DNA of 64,000 bases from positions 321,818 through 385,817 of the forward strand of contig NW_003526947.1 in assembly GCF_000181795.1 (NCBI RefSeq), written 5' to 3'. This document shows positions 12,801 to 26,468 of this stretch, piece by piece. The position numbers were made by a program, and so were the translations under genes. The notes below the pieces were generated by a model that had not been told where the DNA came from, did not search any database, and was given only the letters and a program-made list of their open reading frames with translations. This stretch comes from Trichinella spiralis. Taxonomy: Eukaryota. Every line of letters starts with the position of its first letter. Positions within the stretch are counted from its first letter, which is position 1.

Positions 12801-13426
12801 ACAACAAGGATCTTTGTCCAACTATTCCTTGTTTCGAAGTCGTCGAGATATTGCCTTAAATTGGAATGGAATAAATTGTTCGAAGTAATGAAATATTAGT
12901 AATGGAATATTAGTGTGAAAGAAAAGAAGAGAAATAAAATATGCAGAATAAATAAATATGCAAAGAAAGCGATACTGTGAATTGTTATTTCAAAACTTCT
13001 AAATGCATGAGCAAAAAAAATCATCTCATCCAAGTAAAATTTGTTCCTGACTTTTGTATATCGCTTACAGCATCCTTAAAACGTAAAATTTTTCAAACGT
13101 ATTTTCTTTGATTAATTGCGCATTTGAAATCAGAATTCGTCACAATCAAGAGATAGGAATGCAAATTTTATGCAATATTGCATTTATTTCTTTCATAAAT
13201 GTCAAACTAGGAGACAAGTAGTTTTATCAAATTTCTCGATAATAAATCATCGATTCCATATAATTCAAAATTTATGAACGTTTATTCCAGGCACTACTGC
13301 TTTCATTTATAATTTGATTAATTGCTCTTCTCAAATGAGAATTTGCCAAAATGAATAGATAGGAATGCAATTTTGATGCAAAATTCCATTTGTTCCTTCA
13401 ATAAATATCCAATTTGAAAACGGGGT

Positions 13427-13703
13427 GGTTTTACTCGGTCCCGCTTTTCTCTCATTGGTCTTTGCCCACGCTATTTTATTAGACCGTCAAATCTTTGTTG
13501 TATTGGTTTTCATTTTATTTGGCCGTGAAGTCTTTGTCGTAATGGTTTTCTTTGTCTAATTCCTCAGTGAAGTCTTTTTCGCATTGGTTTTTTTTGTCTA
13601 ATTGCTCATTGATTCAAACTCTTCAGTTGTGATTAAGATTTGACGGTCCAATAAAATAGCGTGGGTAATGACCAATGAGAGAAAAGCGGGACCGAGTAGT
13701 ACC
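13427..13703. mobile_element. MITE with ~65-bp terminal inverted repeats and internal ~40-bp tandem repeats
   Basis: 13432-13495 (TACTCGGTCCCGCTTTTCTCTCATTGGTC...) is the reverse complement of 13636-13698 with ~3 mismatches. Interior repeats ATTGGTTTT...GTGAAGTCTT. No clear TSD. Confidence 0.8.
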
Positions 13704-13928
13704 AAACCTTTGAAAACCCGTTCTTTACGGAGAAACTCTCCAAAACACTATCTTTTATTAATATAAAACTATAATCATCAAAAAAAGTCCAAATTTTGAA
13801 AACAAATTTTTCGCCGATTTTCGCAAAAACAGCCAAGTCTATACCCCATGAAATTTTGAAATTTTCGAAAAAAAATTAAAATATGATTTTAACAAAGTCG
13901 AAATAAAAAAAGAATGAAAAATAAAAGT

Positions 13929-15247
13929 TAAAAAATGTGCATATGGAATAGTGTCATTAATTGTTACAAAAAAACTATCCATGTTGTCACCTGAAAAAAG
14001 GAATGTACTTTAATAAAAATTGCTCCTGATTTTCATTTAAGCAACAGTAACCTTCAAAAACAAAAACCTTTGTTTACTGAAATTTTTTGACTTAATACAA
14101 TTCAGAGATAAGAATTATCCAAAATTATCACATTAGAAACCTATTTCGTCCAATATGGCAATCTTTTTATTCTATAAATTTCAAATGCTCAAACCGGCAA
14201 TTTTATCAAATATCTCAAAAAATCAAATTCCCAACAATGCAGCTATAACTTATGCGTCAATACTTGATTTAGCGCGGCATGGTTCGAAACTGCATGTTTC
14301 ATGTAAAAAAAATATTATATCCTGTAAAGAAATGTTCATTTTCATTATCACTCATAGCAAACACATGGCAATTTGAATTCCGTTATTTGGGCAATGACTG
14401 TATTCTGTCATTCAAAGGGAGCAACAGATTCAGCATTTAGCGGTGGAAATAAATTCCAAATGCTGTAAAAAAATAAATGTATAAACAATTTATACCAAGA
14501 AATCCTCCCGAGACTAGTGTTTTTATGAATGTTTGGAGATATCCATTCAGAAGTTCAGTTGAACAACGACTTGTATTCAAGNNNNNNNNNNTTAAAAAAT
14601 GTGCATATGGAATAGTGTCATTAATTGTTACAAAAAAACTATCCATGTTGTCACCTGAAAAAAGGAATGTACTTTAATAAAAATTGCTCCTGATTTTCAT
14701 TTAAGCAACAGTAACCTTCAAAAACAAAAACCTTTGTTTACTGAAATTTTTTGACTTAATACAATTCAGAGATAAGAATTATCCAAAATTATCACATTAG
14801 AAACCTATTTCGTCCAATATGGCAATCTTTTTATTCTATAAATTTCAAATGCTCAAACCGGCAATTTTATCAAATATCTCAAAAAATCAAATTCCCAACA
14901 ATGCAGCTATAACTTATGCGTCAATACTTGATTTAGCGCGGCATGGTTCGAAACTGCATGTTTCATGTAAAAAAAATATTATATCCTGTAAAGAAATGTT
15001 CATTTTCATTATCACTCATAGCAAACACATGGCAATTTGAATTCCGTTATTTGGGCAATGACTGTATTCTGTCATTCAAAGGGAGCAACAGATTCAGCAT
15101 TTAGCGGTGGAAATAAATTCCAAATGCTGTAAAAAAATAAATGTATAAACAATTTATACCAAAGAAATCCTCCCGAGACTAGTGTTTTTATGAATGTTTG
15201 GAGATATCCATTCAGAAGTTCAGTTGAACAAACGACTTGTATTCAAG
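13929..15247. repeat. Gap-flanking direct duplication 13929-14581 = 14592-15247 (probable assembly overlap)
   Basis: Copies are identical except single-base indels near the gap at 14582-14591. Confidence 0.85.
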
Positions 15248-16192
15248 AAAATGGCTAAAAACTCTTTTATAATTTCGTCGTAATTGCAAACAATTTTGTA
15301 CAACTTGAACAAACATTAATTTTCAATAATACGCAATCGTGGCTTTGCTGAGAAATCTGCGAATACGACTAGTTAAGAGGGTTAGCATTTATTGTAAAAA
15401 TGTACATGAACATAAATAACAATAAAAGTGACATTGTAGCAATATTAATTCTATGGATAATAATAAAAAACATAACATTTGAAAATATTTTGGAAAGGTA
15501 AACAGCACATTCAGAACATATGAATAATTTAACAGTTTGACACAGAATACAAAGGTAACATAAATGATTGCAAATGAAAACCCTTTTAATGTGAAATCAG
15601 TTTATCGAAACAATTCTCAGAACTACCCTGTCTATTAGTGATGTTGCTCTCATTTTTCATATCTTCCCTATTGCATACTTTTGACGGATTTCAACGTGTT
15701 TACCTATTGGAGTGTATTATGTCATGAATCGCCTTGGATTTTAGCATCTGATTAATAAGGATAGAAATATAAAAAACAACGACTAGAAATATTTGCAAAA
15801 CAGTATCAAAATTAAAAATTAAGTATTACAAAATTAAATTTCAGCACATTGTGCTTCATATGATCAGAAATTTACAGATGCATGCTAATTCTCTGCATTT
15901 AATTATGATCACATTTATCAAAAACAAACAAATATATTTTCCAATGAAGCACTAATTGAAAATGATTTGTTAATTTAATTATTTTGATGCTACATTTAAT
16001 AAATTTAATTTTTATCAATATCACCTCTATCAAAAGTTCAATGCTGGAACTTAACATTTCAAAAACGTGCTTTAATTTAACGACTATATTTAAAAAATTA
16101 AAAAATTTAATACGTAAATTTTTATAATGCATACACTTTGAATGCAAACAAAAAGAGAATGTGACATTAGCAAATATTAGTATCAAGCTCCA

Positions 16193-16216
16193 CTCCAGAA
16201 TCCATCAAAGGGTTAA
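16193..16216. mobile_element. Isolated piggyBac-like MITE terminus
   Basis: AATCCATCAAAGGG|TTAA, the same end as 9874 and 38055. Confidence 0.5.
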
Positions 16217-17265
16217 AAGCGGACTTCAGTAGTAGTTTCGTATTACGATAATAAGCTGAGAGACCAGATATTGTTAGTCACTTTAGTCAAACAAACAAGC
16301 ACATTGCTACTGGCAACAAAACGCTTCTGGAAAATTGAATTTGCATATTCGCAAAAGCAATGTTATTCGACCTAGTTTACCTGCACTAACACTCAACTGT
16401 TTTTCTTGAATCATCTGGGCAGTATTACAAAAAATATTTAAAATTGTCAGTAATGTAAAATATCAAAACATATCAAATAAATCTCATTCATAATAAACTA
16501 TCCTAATTACTGAACATCTAAAACAACTGCCAGCAAACTGTCCTCCATAAAATTGTTCAAATTAAAGACTTTCAAAAGATATCAGGTGGATAACTGAATA
16601 TTGTTCATCAATTAAAAAAGAGCATAAGTTTTTGTTGCCTTCACGTGATAAATAATTAACTCAGATAACTTTATCTGACGGCATTGTTAAATTCATTTGT
16701 AGTCAATATTATCAAGTTAACTAAAAATGTTGATATACATCACGTCAGACGAACAACCTTCACGTAAAGTATCTCAAAAATGCAATACAATAATTCAACT
16801 TTTATATTGAATTTCGTTGATGAGAAATGAAATTTTATTTTGACAAATGAAGATTCATATGGGAATTCAAGAATGTTTGGATAAACGTTTGTGTTCGTCA
16901 GGTTGAATATTATGCAGAAGAGAGAATTGTGGGCAACAGCTGAATTTCAAAAATATATTATCAAAGCAGCGCTAGCAAAAAAATGATTAAACTGTGTAAC
17001 AATTTGTACTCATTTCTTGCCGTTTCAACGACTGGATTTTCATTTTTAAGCCCTAACCACAAAAACTGCTAATTCTAAGGCAAAAATGTATATAGCAGTG
17101 CTTACAAATTTGAAAATTTCCATTAAATCTATTTAAAAACAAAACAAAATATAGTAAATTTTATTTTCAAGAATTTTTAACATTAAAACAAAGAACAGCA
17201 TTTCTATTGAAATTATTTATAAAAGCGAATATTATTAAAAACAGTGCTGCTGATCGAATCAGCTT

Positions 17266-17496
17266 TCATGACGACTGCTCAAGCATTTGTTGAAGAATTT
17301 CACTGTCCAACGGCGCCGTCTGTCCCGGTGGTGGTAGCAAGTCAAGGAATTTATTCACGTTTTGCTTTGTCTGCTGGATCTTCTTTTTTCTTTCCTTCTT
17401 CCCCAACTTTACTGCTCTGTAAATCATATACCCAAATGCGACCAACACGCACAAAGCGGAAAGCACGAAAAGCGCGAAAGTACCTTCCTTCCACAT
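17266..17496 (-). CDS. Putative 76-aa single-pass membrane protein (orphan)
   Basis: ATG ORF with hydrophobic TFALFVLSALCVLVAFGYMIY, a Lys-rich stop-transfer (KLGKKERKKK) and a PPP motif; GC content higher than flanks. No homolog recognised. Confidence 0.5.
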   Translation of the reverse strand: MWKEGTFALFVLSALCVLVAFGYMIYRAVKLGKKERKKKIQQTKQNVNKFLDLLPPPGQTAPLDSEILQQMLEQSS

Positions 17497-20400
17497 CGCA
17501 ATTTAATGCAACTATCAAGCTCGAACTTTGATAAGAACTAAAGAACGCGGCATACAAGACGTAACTCATGCTTTAAAGTGTTTAAACAATTTGGCATTCA
17601 AACTTGTTTAAATAACAGCACTGACTTCTTTAAAGTAACCTCATAATGTTAAATTATTTAGAGCAGAAGTTATTTTTAATTCAAATTTGATAATTGCAAA
17701 ATTGAAACTGAACACTTAATTGTGTATGGGAAATAGTTTCTAATTGTTATTCAAATATTTTACAGAATTAATTTTCTCAATTTCCTCATCAATACATACT
17801 TCTTCAACTGTTATATTTGCATAAACTTGCCATGAAACCATTCAAATAACAGTACTTTTTTCTTTTTCTTCTTTTCTTACAATTTTCTTCTATGCTTCAT
17901 ACATCTAATGCATGGATAAATCAATCATTTATCGTAAAATTGGCCTTTACTACTTTACTCTTTTCAAATACAACAAGTCCTGTTTACTCAAATAACAAGT
18001 AACTTCACGTAGCGTATCTCGACAAAGAATATGTGGACGAACTGAAATTTCAATTGCTGCTAATCGTGGTTCGGCCTTATGTCACCCGGTTCTCCATTCT
18101 GCTACATTAACTAAAAGTGACAAACATTAAAACAAATGTGCACCATATATGCACGTCCATGTTTATGCATACATTACAACTTACACACAATATGCTAAAC
18201 TGAAAACAACATTTTCAAGAAATAATATGCAAAATAAAAAATACAACTTAGCTTAACAGGTGTTTTATCATCGTTCATACCTATCATATTAATTTCACGC
18301 GCTTCTCAGCCACAATTAATTATTTAAAAAACATTAAATAAAATAAACAAAAGAAGATGTATCTCTTTTATGTATACTCAACAGATTTTTCAAGATAAAC
18401 GTATTTGCATATTTGAAAAGCAGCCTTCACGTAGCGTTATTGGACATAGCTTAAACTGCACTTGAAATGAATTCCCTTTTCTACACCCATCTCGATAATG
18501 TTACAAAAAACATCAATAAAAAATGGTCATTAATCTGAAATGAATATTAAATAAATTTCAACTATAATAAACGAACATCTATAACAACCGCCAACCAACA
18601 GCTCATTAAGATTGACGTACAGTTTTTTCAAAAATTATTTTCATCTTCATCAAGAATGTCATTAAAGAAATTCATATTAGAATGGTCAATAATTTCAAAT
18701 ATTAAAACATCTTCTTGCATCTATTCCATTTATAACAGGCTAACTATTATAATAATTGAACATCTTAATAACACTTCCAACAAACTGTCTGCTAACTTAG
18801 ACGCAAAACTCTCAAACTCATGATACAGCATTGCTTAATAATGCAATCAATATACATTTTCAGTTACACTTTTAAGCAATTACAAAATAAGTGAAGATAC
18901 GCGTAACTTAACTAAACAAGCGTCTTCTCCTGGTCGAGAATTTTCTAGAAATTATAATAAAATAAGCAAAAAATCAAATCTACTTTATGGGCATAAGACC
19001 GTCTTTTCATTGAAAACGGAACAACATTCACTATCAGCATATCGTTAGCCAACAATTATTACAACTGATGTCGCAAAAGCAAATGAACAGCACTCACAAA
19101 CAAATTTACATAAAATTCATCGGTGAACAAATACTATGTCCATTGTTCCCTCTACGGGCAAGACAAAATTTTGCTGCACGTTACCTGAAAAGCAAATATA
19201 TAGAGAAATTTCTCACAAACAAATTTCGATGTCAACAAAACAAGTATCATTTCTGTTTGCCTTCCGATAACATAATTCGAATAAATTAAGCAATAAAGTA
19301 TTTTTAATAACCATTACAATCGGCAAATCATGTATCATCAAAGTTAAGAACTGCCTTATAATGTTCAAAAGTTGAAATCAATGTAAAAGATTGTCATAAA
19401 TTATCAATGCATACATAAATTATCAAAACATAAGCATTATTCATCATCTAATATTTTAAAGTTTGATAAATAAAAAATCTACAATTTAGTTATAATACAT
19501 GCCAAGTGAACTTTAAACTGTCTAAATAAAAAATCTTAAACTTCGTAAAAAATTATTCAGAAATTACTTTTTAAGACTTCGTATTTTAGATTGAAAAAAT
19601 CACTTTTAAAAACGGAAAAAGTACATTTCACAGAAAATATACAATAAAACAATTAATTATAAATGATTTTAATATAAATACACCCCTTCAAAACAATCAG
19701 AAAAAAATCTACATTGATATTAAACATTTAAGTCGATGCAAATTCTTTTAAACTATTTATTGCCCATTTTTTACGTTCACCAATTTTTAGTCAAATGGAA
19801 TTTTACATTTTCCATTTGTAATAAACTCAGAAAGAAAAATAACATTTCCTTCTCTAAGAATAATTAATGATTCATAGACATTGACAACATTAATTATGTT
19901 ATAAACTATGTAAGCCATCTTCAGTTTGCGCTTAATTATGTTACAATGAATCATTTTGTAAATACATAAAAAAATAATACGAAGTAACAAGCTGTTTTCC
20001 TGTGAAAGAAATAATCTTTAACAAGGATAAGCTTATAACCTGTAAAACTGAAGTTGCTTAAACTGAAGTTCACTTCATGAATATTGATCAGCCCACAGCA
20101 AATAACGTTAAGCAAGCAAGCAAGCGTATCATTTTTCATAGGACAACTTTTTCATGAAAATTGAAAAGCTTAATTTTGAAAACCGATGCGTTAAACAACC
20201 TCGCCTCGTTGCATAAAGCTTCAACGTCTAATTTCATCTTATTTTGGATAGCTTATTCTCAGCGTGATAGAAAAAATAAAATTATTATATTATTCATTTA
20301 TATTGCACTACTATTTTGAAATTTCAAAATGCATTCACACAAATCTATTCGATAACTTTCAAGATGAAATTTCAAGAATTATAAAACAGTAATATTTTAT

Positions 20401-21921
20401 TATGCTCAACAGTTTCATTTACTGGTAATTAAGCATCTTTTCTATGAAATCCTTTGCATCAAAATTTTCTGATCTTTTGATCAAATTCAATATGTCACTT
20501 TAACATGCTGTGTGAAGCTGCAGCAAGAATTATCCAGTACATTTTAAATAAACAGAATCCAAAAATGGTTAAATAACTATCATATAACACAAGAAAACTG
20601 CCGGTGCTAAACTTTCTTAAAGCTCAACGACGATGCGTAATTCTAAAGCCATTCAAATACTTGTCTTACTTATTTCTATTTATTTATCATTTATCACAAT
20701 CTGAGAAAACAAAATTGCTAACATAATTGCTAATTATTGGGAGTTATTCATTAATATTCACTATCCCCACAATTCATAATTATAATAAAGAAAATAACTT
20801 TACCCATGTAAAAATGTAACGAATTAGAAAAATGTTTCGTTGAAGATGTTGACAATATTGTGCAAGTTTTATGCTACCTTTGTTGCTTGCTATCTAATTT
20901 GCAATAACATCGTAATTTTGGTCGAATAAACAATTTGCTAAAACGCACTATAACACATTTAGTATTTGTAGAGCTAAAACATGTAAAATTGTATCAAATA
21001 TGTAATAGGGATTTCTTATTTTAGATGAATTTCCATACTGTATTGTGAGTATTCTTTAAAGAAGAAATTTTGAAAATCAGGGATACTGTATTACCTACAA
21101 AAGAATATGCAGGAGCAATTGATATTAGAATTGACATTTTTTTGCTCGTAAAAATTGAAAATCAATAAAATAAACTTTTATGGCTAATCTTCAAATTTGT
21201 TTTCAATATATTATGACCATTTGTTTTCCTTAATCATTCATAGCCCCATTTGGTAGATAGTACCCCGATGAACAAGAAATCATGAATTGAGTTGACAAGA
21301 TTGAAAATGCTTAACAAATCTTTCTAATTAATTTAATTCAACTACCTGAAACACAGATTTTCAAAAATATTATAACTGTAATGTTTACTGTTTTAGATAC
21401 GTTTAAAAGGTTTGTAATTTTTCGTTGAAAGGGCTTTATGTTATCCTTATATTTTTTTCTAAAAACTTCCAATAAATTTTCAATAACATTTTAATGCACC
21501 GTCATTTGATACAAGAAAATATATTTCCTGAACAGCATTCAATTCATTTTGTCTGTTAATTAATATTCACTGTTGATCAGTGTTATATTATTATTCATGT
21601 ATATTAGGTTTCTATTTCGACAATGAAAATTTGTCGTCTGTTCACATTTATATTTTGTGCATATATGTTGTCACTAGCCATTATAAATATATTAAGTAAA
21701 CTGCCATAATTCAAATAATTCTGTATTACGTAAGTTACTTTATGTTTAATATTAATATTCCTTTTAAAAAATAATGATTCCATTTTACGGATGTACAGCA
21801 TGTTACTTAAACTTTTAAATTTAAAACCTGCACTCCGTTTTTTAATTTATACAAGTTACGTTTAAAGCTCACGAGAAAACTCTGTCATTTCATTGCTGTT
21901 TTGTTTGCTGTGTGGCGGCTC

Positions 21922-23048
21922 ATGCCGATGCTTTGTAATAATCTTCATTTTCCGGATGTGATAGATAACAAGTGGCAGATACTTCAGCGTCTCGGTGCGG
22001 GCGGTTTCGGAACCGTATACAAAGTTTCAGAAGTGGGTGATGAAGAAAGTCGTTACGCTGCAAAGGTAAAAAAGTATATATTTCTAGCTGATAGCGAATC
22101 CATAAATTATATATCAATTAACCAAAATGTGTGCTCCTTGTATCATGGATAATATGAAATTACGCGTTTTGAAAAAAATTTAATTATATATTATTTTTGC
22201 AATTTTCAAATGCAATGTACTGAAAATTGATGAAATTTTAAATCTCAAATGATTTTACTTAGAATTTTGTATTAGACCAATGTTCCTTGTCCAACATTTT
22301 CTTTAAATTACAGGTTCAGATGGGAAGGGACGGCGAAAAAGTGATGCGGACAGAAGTTAAAATTTTGTCGGCACTTCAGGGTAAAAGCTCACGTATCTGT
22401 CAGCTAATTGCTTGCGGAAGCGACAACAAAGTCAACTATATTATTATGAACCTCACTGGAAGAAACTTGAAAGATTACAAAAATTCTTTTCGTGGCAAAC
22501 ACCTGCCTCCTGTGGATGCACTCAAGATTAGTATTCAATGCATTGAAGTGATCAGAGAAGTACATGAAGCAGGTTTTATCCACAGAGATGTAAAGCCTGA
22601 AAATTTTGCAGTTGAATTCACAGGAAGCGCTGATAAAATTTACCTTCTCGATTTTGGTATTGCGAGGCAGTACCGTTTCAAAGACGGTTCACTGCGTCCA
22701 GCGCGTAAGGCTCCACTCTTTTATGGAACTCCTGAATACGCATCCCTGAATGCCTTTGATGAAAAGGAACTTGGCCGGCATGATGACCTAATATCGTGGT
22801 TTTACATGGTCGTTGAATTTTACGGGGGTTTCCTACCATGGAAACCATATAAAAATAATATGAAGCTTTGCGGACAAATCAAGAGAAAGAACTTCAGATC
22901 AACAACGTGGTTAAAGAATTTGCCTGAAGAATTTACTGAAATATATGAAACCGTTAGTAAAATGAATTATGAAGAAGAACCAAAATATGAAAACTTTATT
23001 GGAAAGCTAAAAATGATTCTGAAGCGAGATCACGGTATAAACTACTGA
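21922..23048 (+). CDS. Tau-tubulin kinase / CK1-family Ser/Thr kinase, copy 1 (exons 21922-22065, 22314-23048; ~292 aa)
   Basis: LGAGGFGTVY glycine loop, YAAK, IHRDVKPENF, LLDFGIAR, GTPEYASLN (CK1-type SIN-like motif) and GRHDDLISWFY; in-frame GT-AG intron. Confidence 0.92.
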
Positions 23049-26000
23049 ATCAATTTATAATTTTTAAATTATTTGCATGCTATATCATTTTTTATGTAAT
23101 GATTAAAGTGTATTCATTTATGAACATTTATCTTCATGTCATACCTTCTTTCAATCAATAATGTCACTTCAATATATCACATATTATTTATAGTGATGAT
23201 AACGTTTCATCAGTACATTCTGATTTTTCAAAATTTCCTTATGCTTTTCTTTCCCCGTTTAAAATTGTATTTATTTCATTCGCATAACAGAAGCAATAAA
23301 GCAATTAACAAAAAACCGAATATTTTAACTGGAAAAATGTTTTCATAAATTTCCCTACATTTACTTATTACTGTACTGTTCACATCGTTCAATGTTATTC
23401 TAAAATAACATTCATCGCTAGCTTCGAGTGACAGTTTTTTGTTAAATCTCACAAAATTGCTTCTATCTAATCTCAGCCACATATTGCAATAGACTAAATA
23501 ATAAAAAGATCTCTTCAAAATTTTAGGTGAATTTCTTGTGCACCGTTCACCAGAGCTGCTGGTATTTATGCTTTATCCATGCAATAAAATAATGTTTTAA
23601 CTGTTAAACAAACGAAACAAAAATTCTGAAATATTCTATCCATAAAAATATATTCACCTGACTGAACTCTTAATCTGTATCACAGGAAACATCAATCGAC
23701 TCCATTTCAATAATATTAACTGAAACTGCAAAAATTAATAAGAAAATAATTTCAAAAGTAACTTACTTTACCAACTAAATATGACACAGCTAATTGACAT
23801 TCATCGTCGTGCAGAATGATGTACTAAAAACGCTGGATTTCCTTCTTCCTAAAAAGCCAATTGTTTTGCTAACAATCTGTCAATGCGATGCAAACTTATA
23901 TGTTCGCAATGTTGATTATAAAGAAGGCGTATTAGAATTTTTTATCAAGTATATAAAAAAACAACAGAGAGATTAATACAGCTCGTAAAATGTTGCATAA
24001 TTCCATTTATTCGTGCCCAGATTGCATTGCGCAGAATTCATTTATGTATACATGCAGCGTTTACTTGAAAATAAAATACGCAGAATTCTATTTTTGTGAA
24101 TCAATTAATTATTTAATAAATATAACAATCTTATAAGCAATATAATTATGAGCAATTATTACAATAACATTACATACCTTGATGCATATACTTTTATGGG
24201 TAAAAAGATTTCATTACCAAAAAATATATAGAACTACTCCATTAGCATGCAGCATCACATGCCCAATTCTAACAGCTTTTAAGGTGAAGATGATTTTTTC
24301 CACGCAAAATTTTATCATATATTCTAGCACTGCTCAATTTGGTAAATAAAAAATGTAAAACATATCAGATATGAAAAAAGTTCGAATCAAAGTCATCAGT
24401 TATACAATACAAGATAAATATTGCCTGGCGTGAGCAAAAAGAGACTCCATCGATCAATTGGAAAATTCCGTGTCTACCAATCACGGTCGGCGTGAGCGAA
24501 AAGAGACTACGCGGGTGAATTTTCGACGAAAAGCGGAGCAACACAGCCCTCACGCTAGTATAAAACTAGCCGTTCATTTTTATCTTGATCTGTTGCTGAA
24601 GTTGCTGCACACGTAGAAGCGTGAAATTGCGTTTTGCAATAGCCTGCTTTACTGACTATGCAACGATTGAAGCTGTCGTTGTTGTTATCATGACTAGTTC
24701 AGCACCGCGTGCGTGCAAAGGAATGACAGACGCAAGATGTGCATGCAGTTGAGAACGACCGGCAGGCACTTTGTCAGATTATCAGAATTCAGTAGAGTTG
24801 ATGCAGAAAATGCAAAATGATATTTTAGTGTATAATATTCAAAATATTAGAAGCTGACATCAAAGCAAGTTACTCTCTTAATAATTTACAAATAACAGTT
24901 ACTATTCGTTAAATTCCAATACAAGAAAATACAAATATTAGATTCATTTCATAAAATTTATAGTTTTTGAGAGAAACCTTTATTAAAATTACTAAAATGT
25001 GCTTATACCTATTCGCTTCGCTGGGGTCGCTTGATGTAAATTCCAATTATTCCCCAAACCGGTTGTTGCATAGAACTGCAGCATGTGGGATTATTCATGA
25101 ATGCGTAAATCCCCGTCATGATAGATGTCAAAGGCACCGAAGAAAAACTTACGCCATCATTCGACGTTCTGTAAAAATTTTCTATGTATGGGGCACGTTT
25201 TGTGCGAGGGTAGGTTGCGCGCAGGCAATCAAAACTCCACAGCATTCAAAACAAACAAGCAATTTTTAATTGGGTTGAGTAAATAAAATTGAGAGTAACG
25301 CTAGCTCAAAAGCAAGCAAAATAATAGATATCGCACAGAAATTTCCATCTTCACTACTCAAAGAATGATTCTGACGAAAAACCATTTCGTAGAAAATACT
25401 TCCAAAAACGTGGTATACTATGCCTACTTACACTGAAAAGCACCTGCATTTTCTTCAATTGAATTACAGAAACCATTGAAGTTCTCAAGTTTGAATTCAA
25501 CCGGTAATCAGTTTGCCAAGAGACTTATATACTGTACTGAGTTTCGTAGGAGACACGGTCACTGGGGAAGCGAGAGTGATCTCTTTTGCTAAACTGCGGC
25601 GCCGCTTCAATTCTGCTGTCGCTCTTTTACAAATGGCGGCTGCAACTCAGGTGGCTTTAATTCACGTCCATTTGGTCTGGAACTGTACAGCCGCTATTTT
25701 GTCTTCTCTTTGTATTTTCCCCAAGGGAAACATACGACGGTCCTGCAGGGAGTGCAATATCAGGCCGACCCGTGACGAACGGTGGTGCAAGCCCGCGATC
25801 GCCTGTCTAGCTATTCAAAATCATTTGCAAATTCATATTGAGTCCACTTGGGATGCAAACTACACAATAAAATCATAAAAACAGATAGTTGCATTGGAAC
25901 TACAATTTGAAACAGTGAACATTGAACTGTTAATGAAATGTATGGAATTTAAATATGGAAGGGTCACATAAATTGCGATGCCTCTGTCATCATTTCCGGC

Positions 26001-26202
26001 TTGTTCCGTTGCCGATGTGCAGTGGGCTGGCTTCTAGGCAAGATCGGCTGTTCCAGCGAGGGCGGGTCCTCCAGGGCCAGGGTACAGTTGGCACTACAGT
26101 TAACCACTCTGCGAGAGCATCTGATAACTGGTGATAATATACTATGTAATTAAAGCAGTCAACGTTTATTTTTCATTTAAAATGTTAACAAATCAAACAA
26201 GA

Positions 26203-26468
26203 ATTATATTCTCATCACTGTTCACCAAATCGGGCCATCGTTCCGCTAGCTTATCAATGAGTTGATGATAGAAATCACAAAGTCTTGACTCGAAGAATTC
26301 ATGGAACCACGTTTTCAGTTAAACATCGTTGTTAAATGAAACGCAATGCAGAACGCTGGACAGCGACCAGAAAAGATGATAATCTGTCAGTGCTGTATCA
26401 GGAGGCGAATACCGTAGGTTCGGTAGAACTATCCAACCCAGCTTCCTTCCTTGAAAGGAAGTGCACGA
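26203..26468 (-). mobile_element. Mariner transposase C-terminal remnant (copy in duplicated block 1)
   Basis: Duplicate of 33812-34075, truncated by the gap. Confidence 0.7.

Noticed and set aside
10100..12900. Possible highly decayed Gypsy pol (e.g. PIYSKSNGQ near 12590)
   Set aside because: Only faint motif resemblance; cannot be supported without a profile search.
13929..15247. 650-bp direct repeat with duplicated 73-aa ORFs
   Set aside because: Abuts an N gap and is essentially identical; likely assembly artefact. The ORFs look non-coding.
24420..24800. LTR-like segment with direct repeat GGCGTGAGC.AAA.GAGACT and TATAAAA (also at +7609)
   Set aside because: No definable TG..CA ends or TSD.
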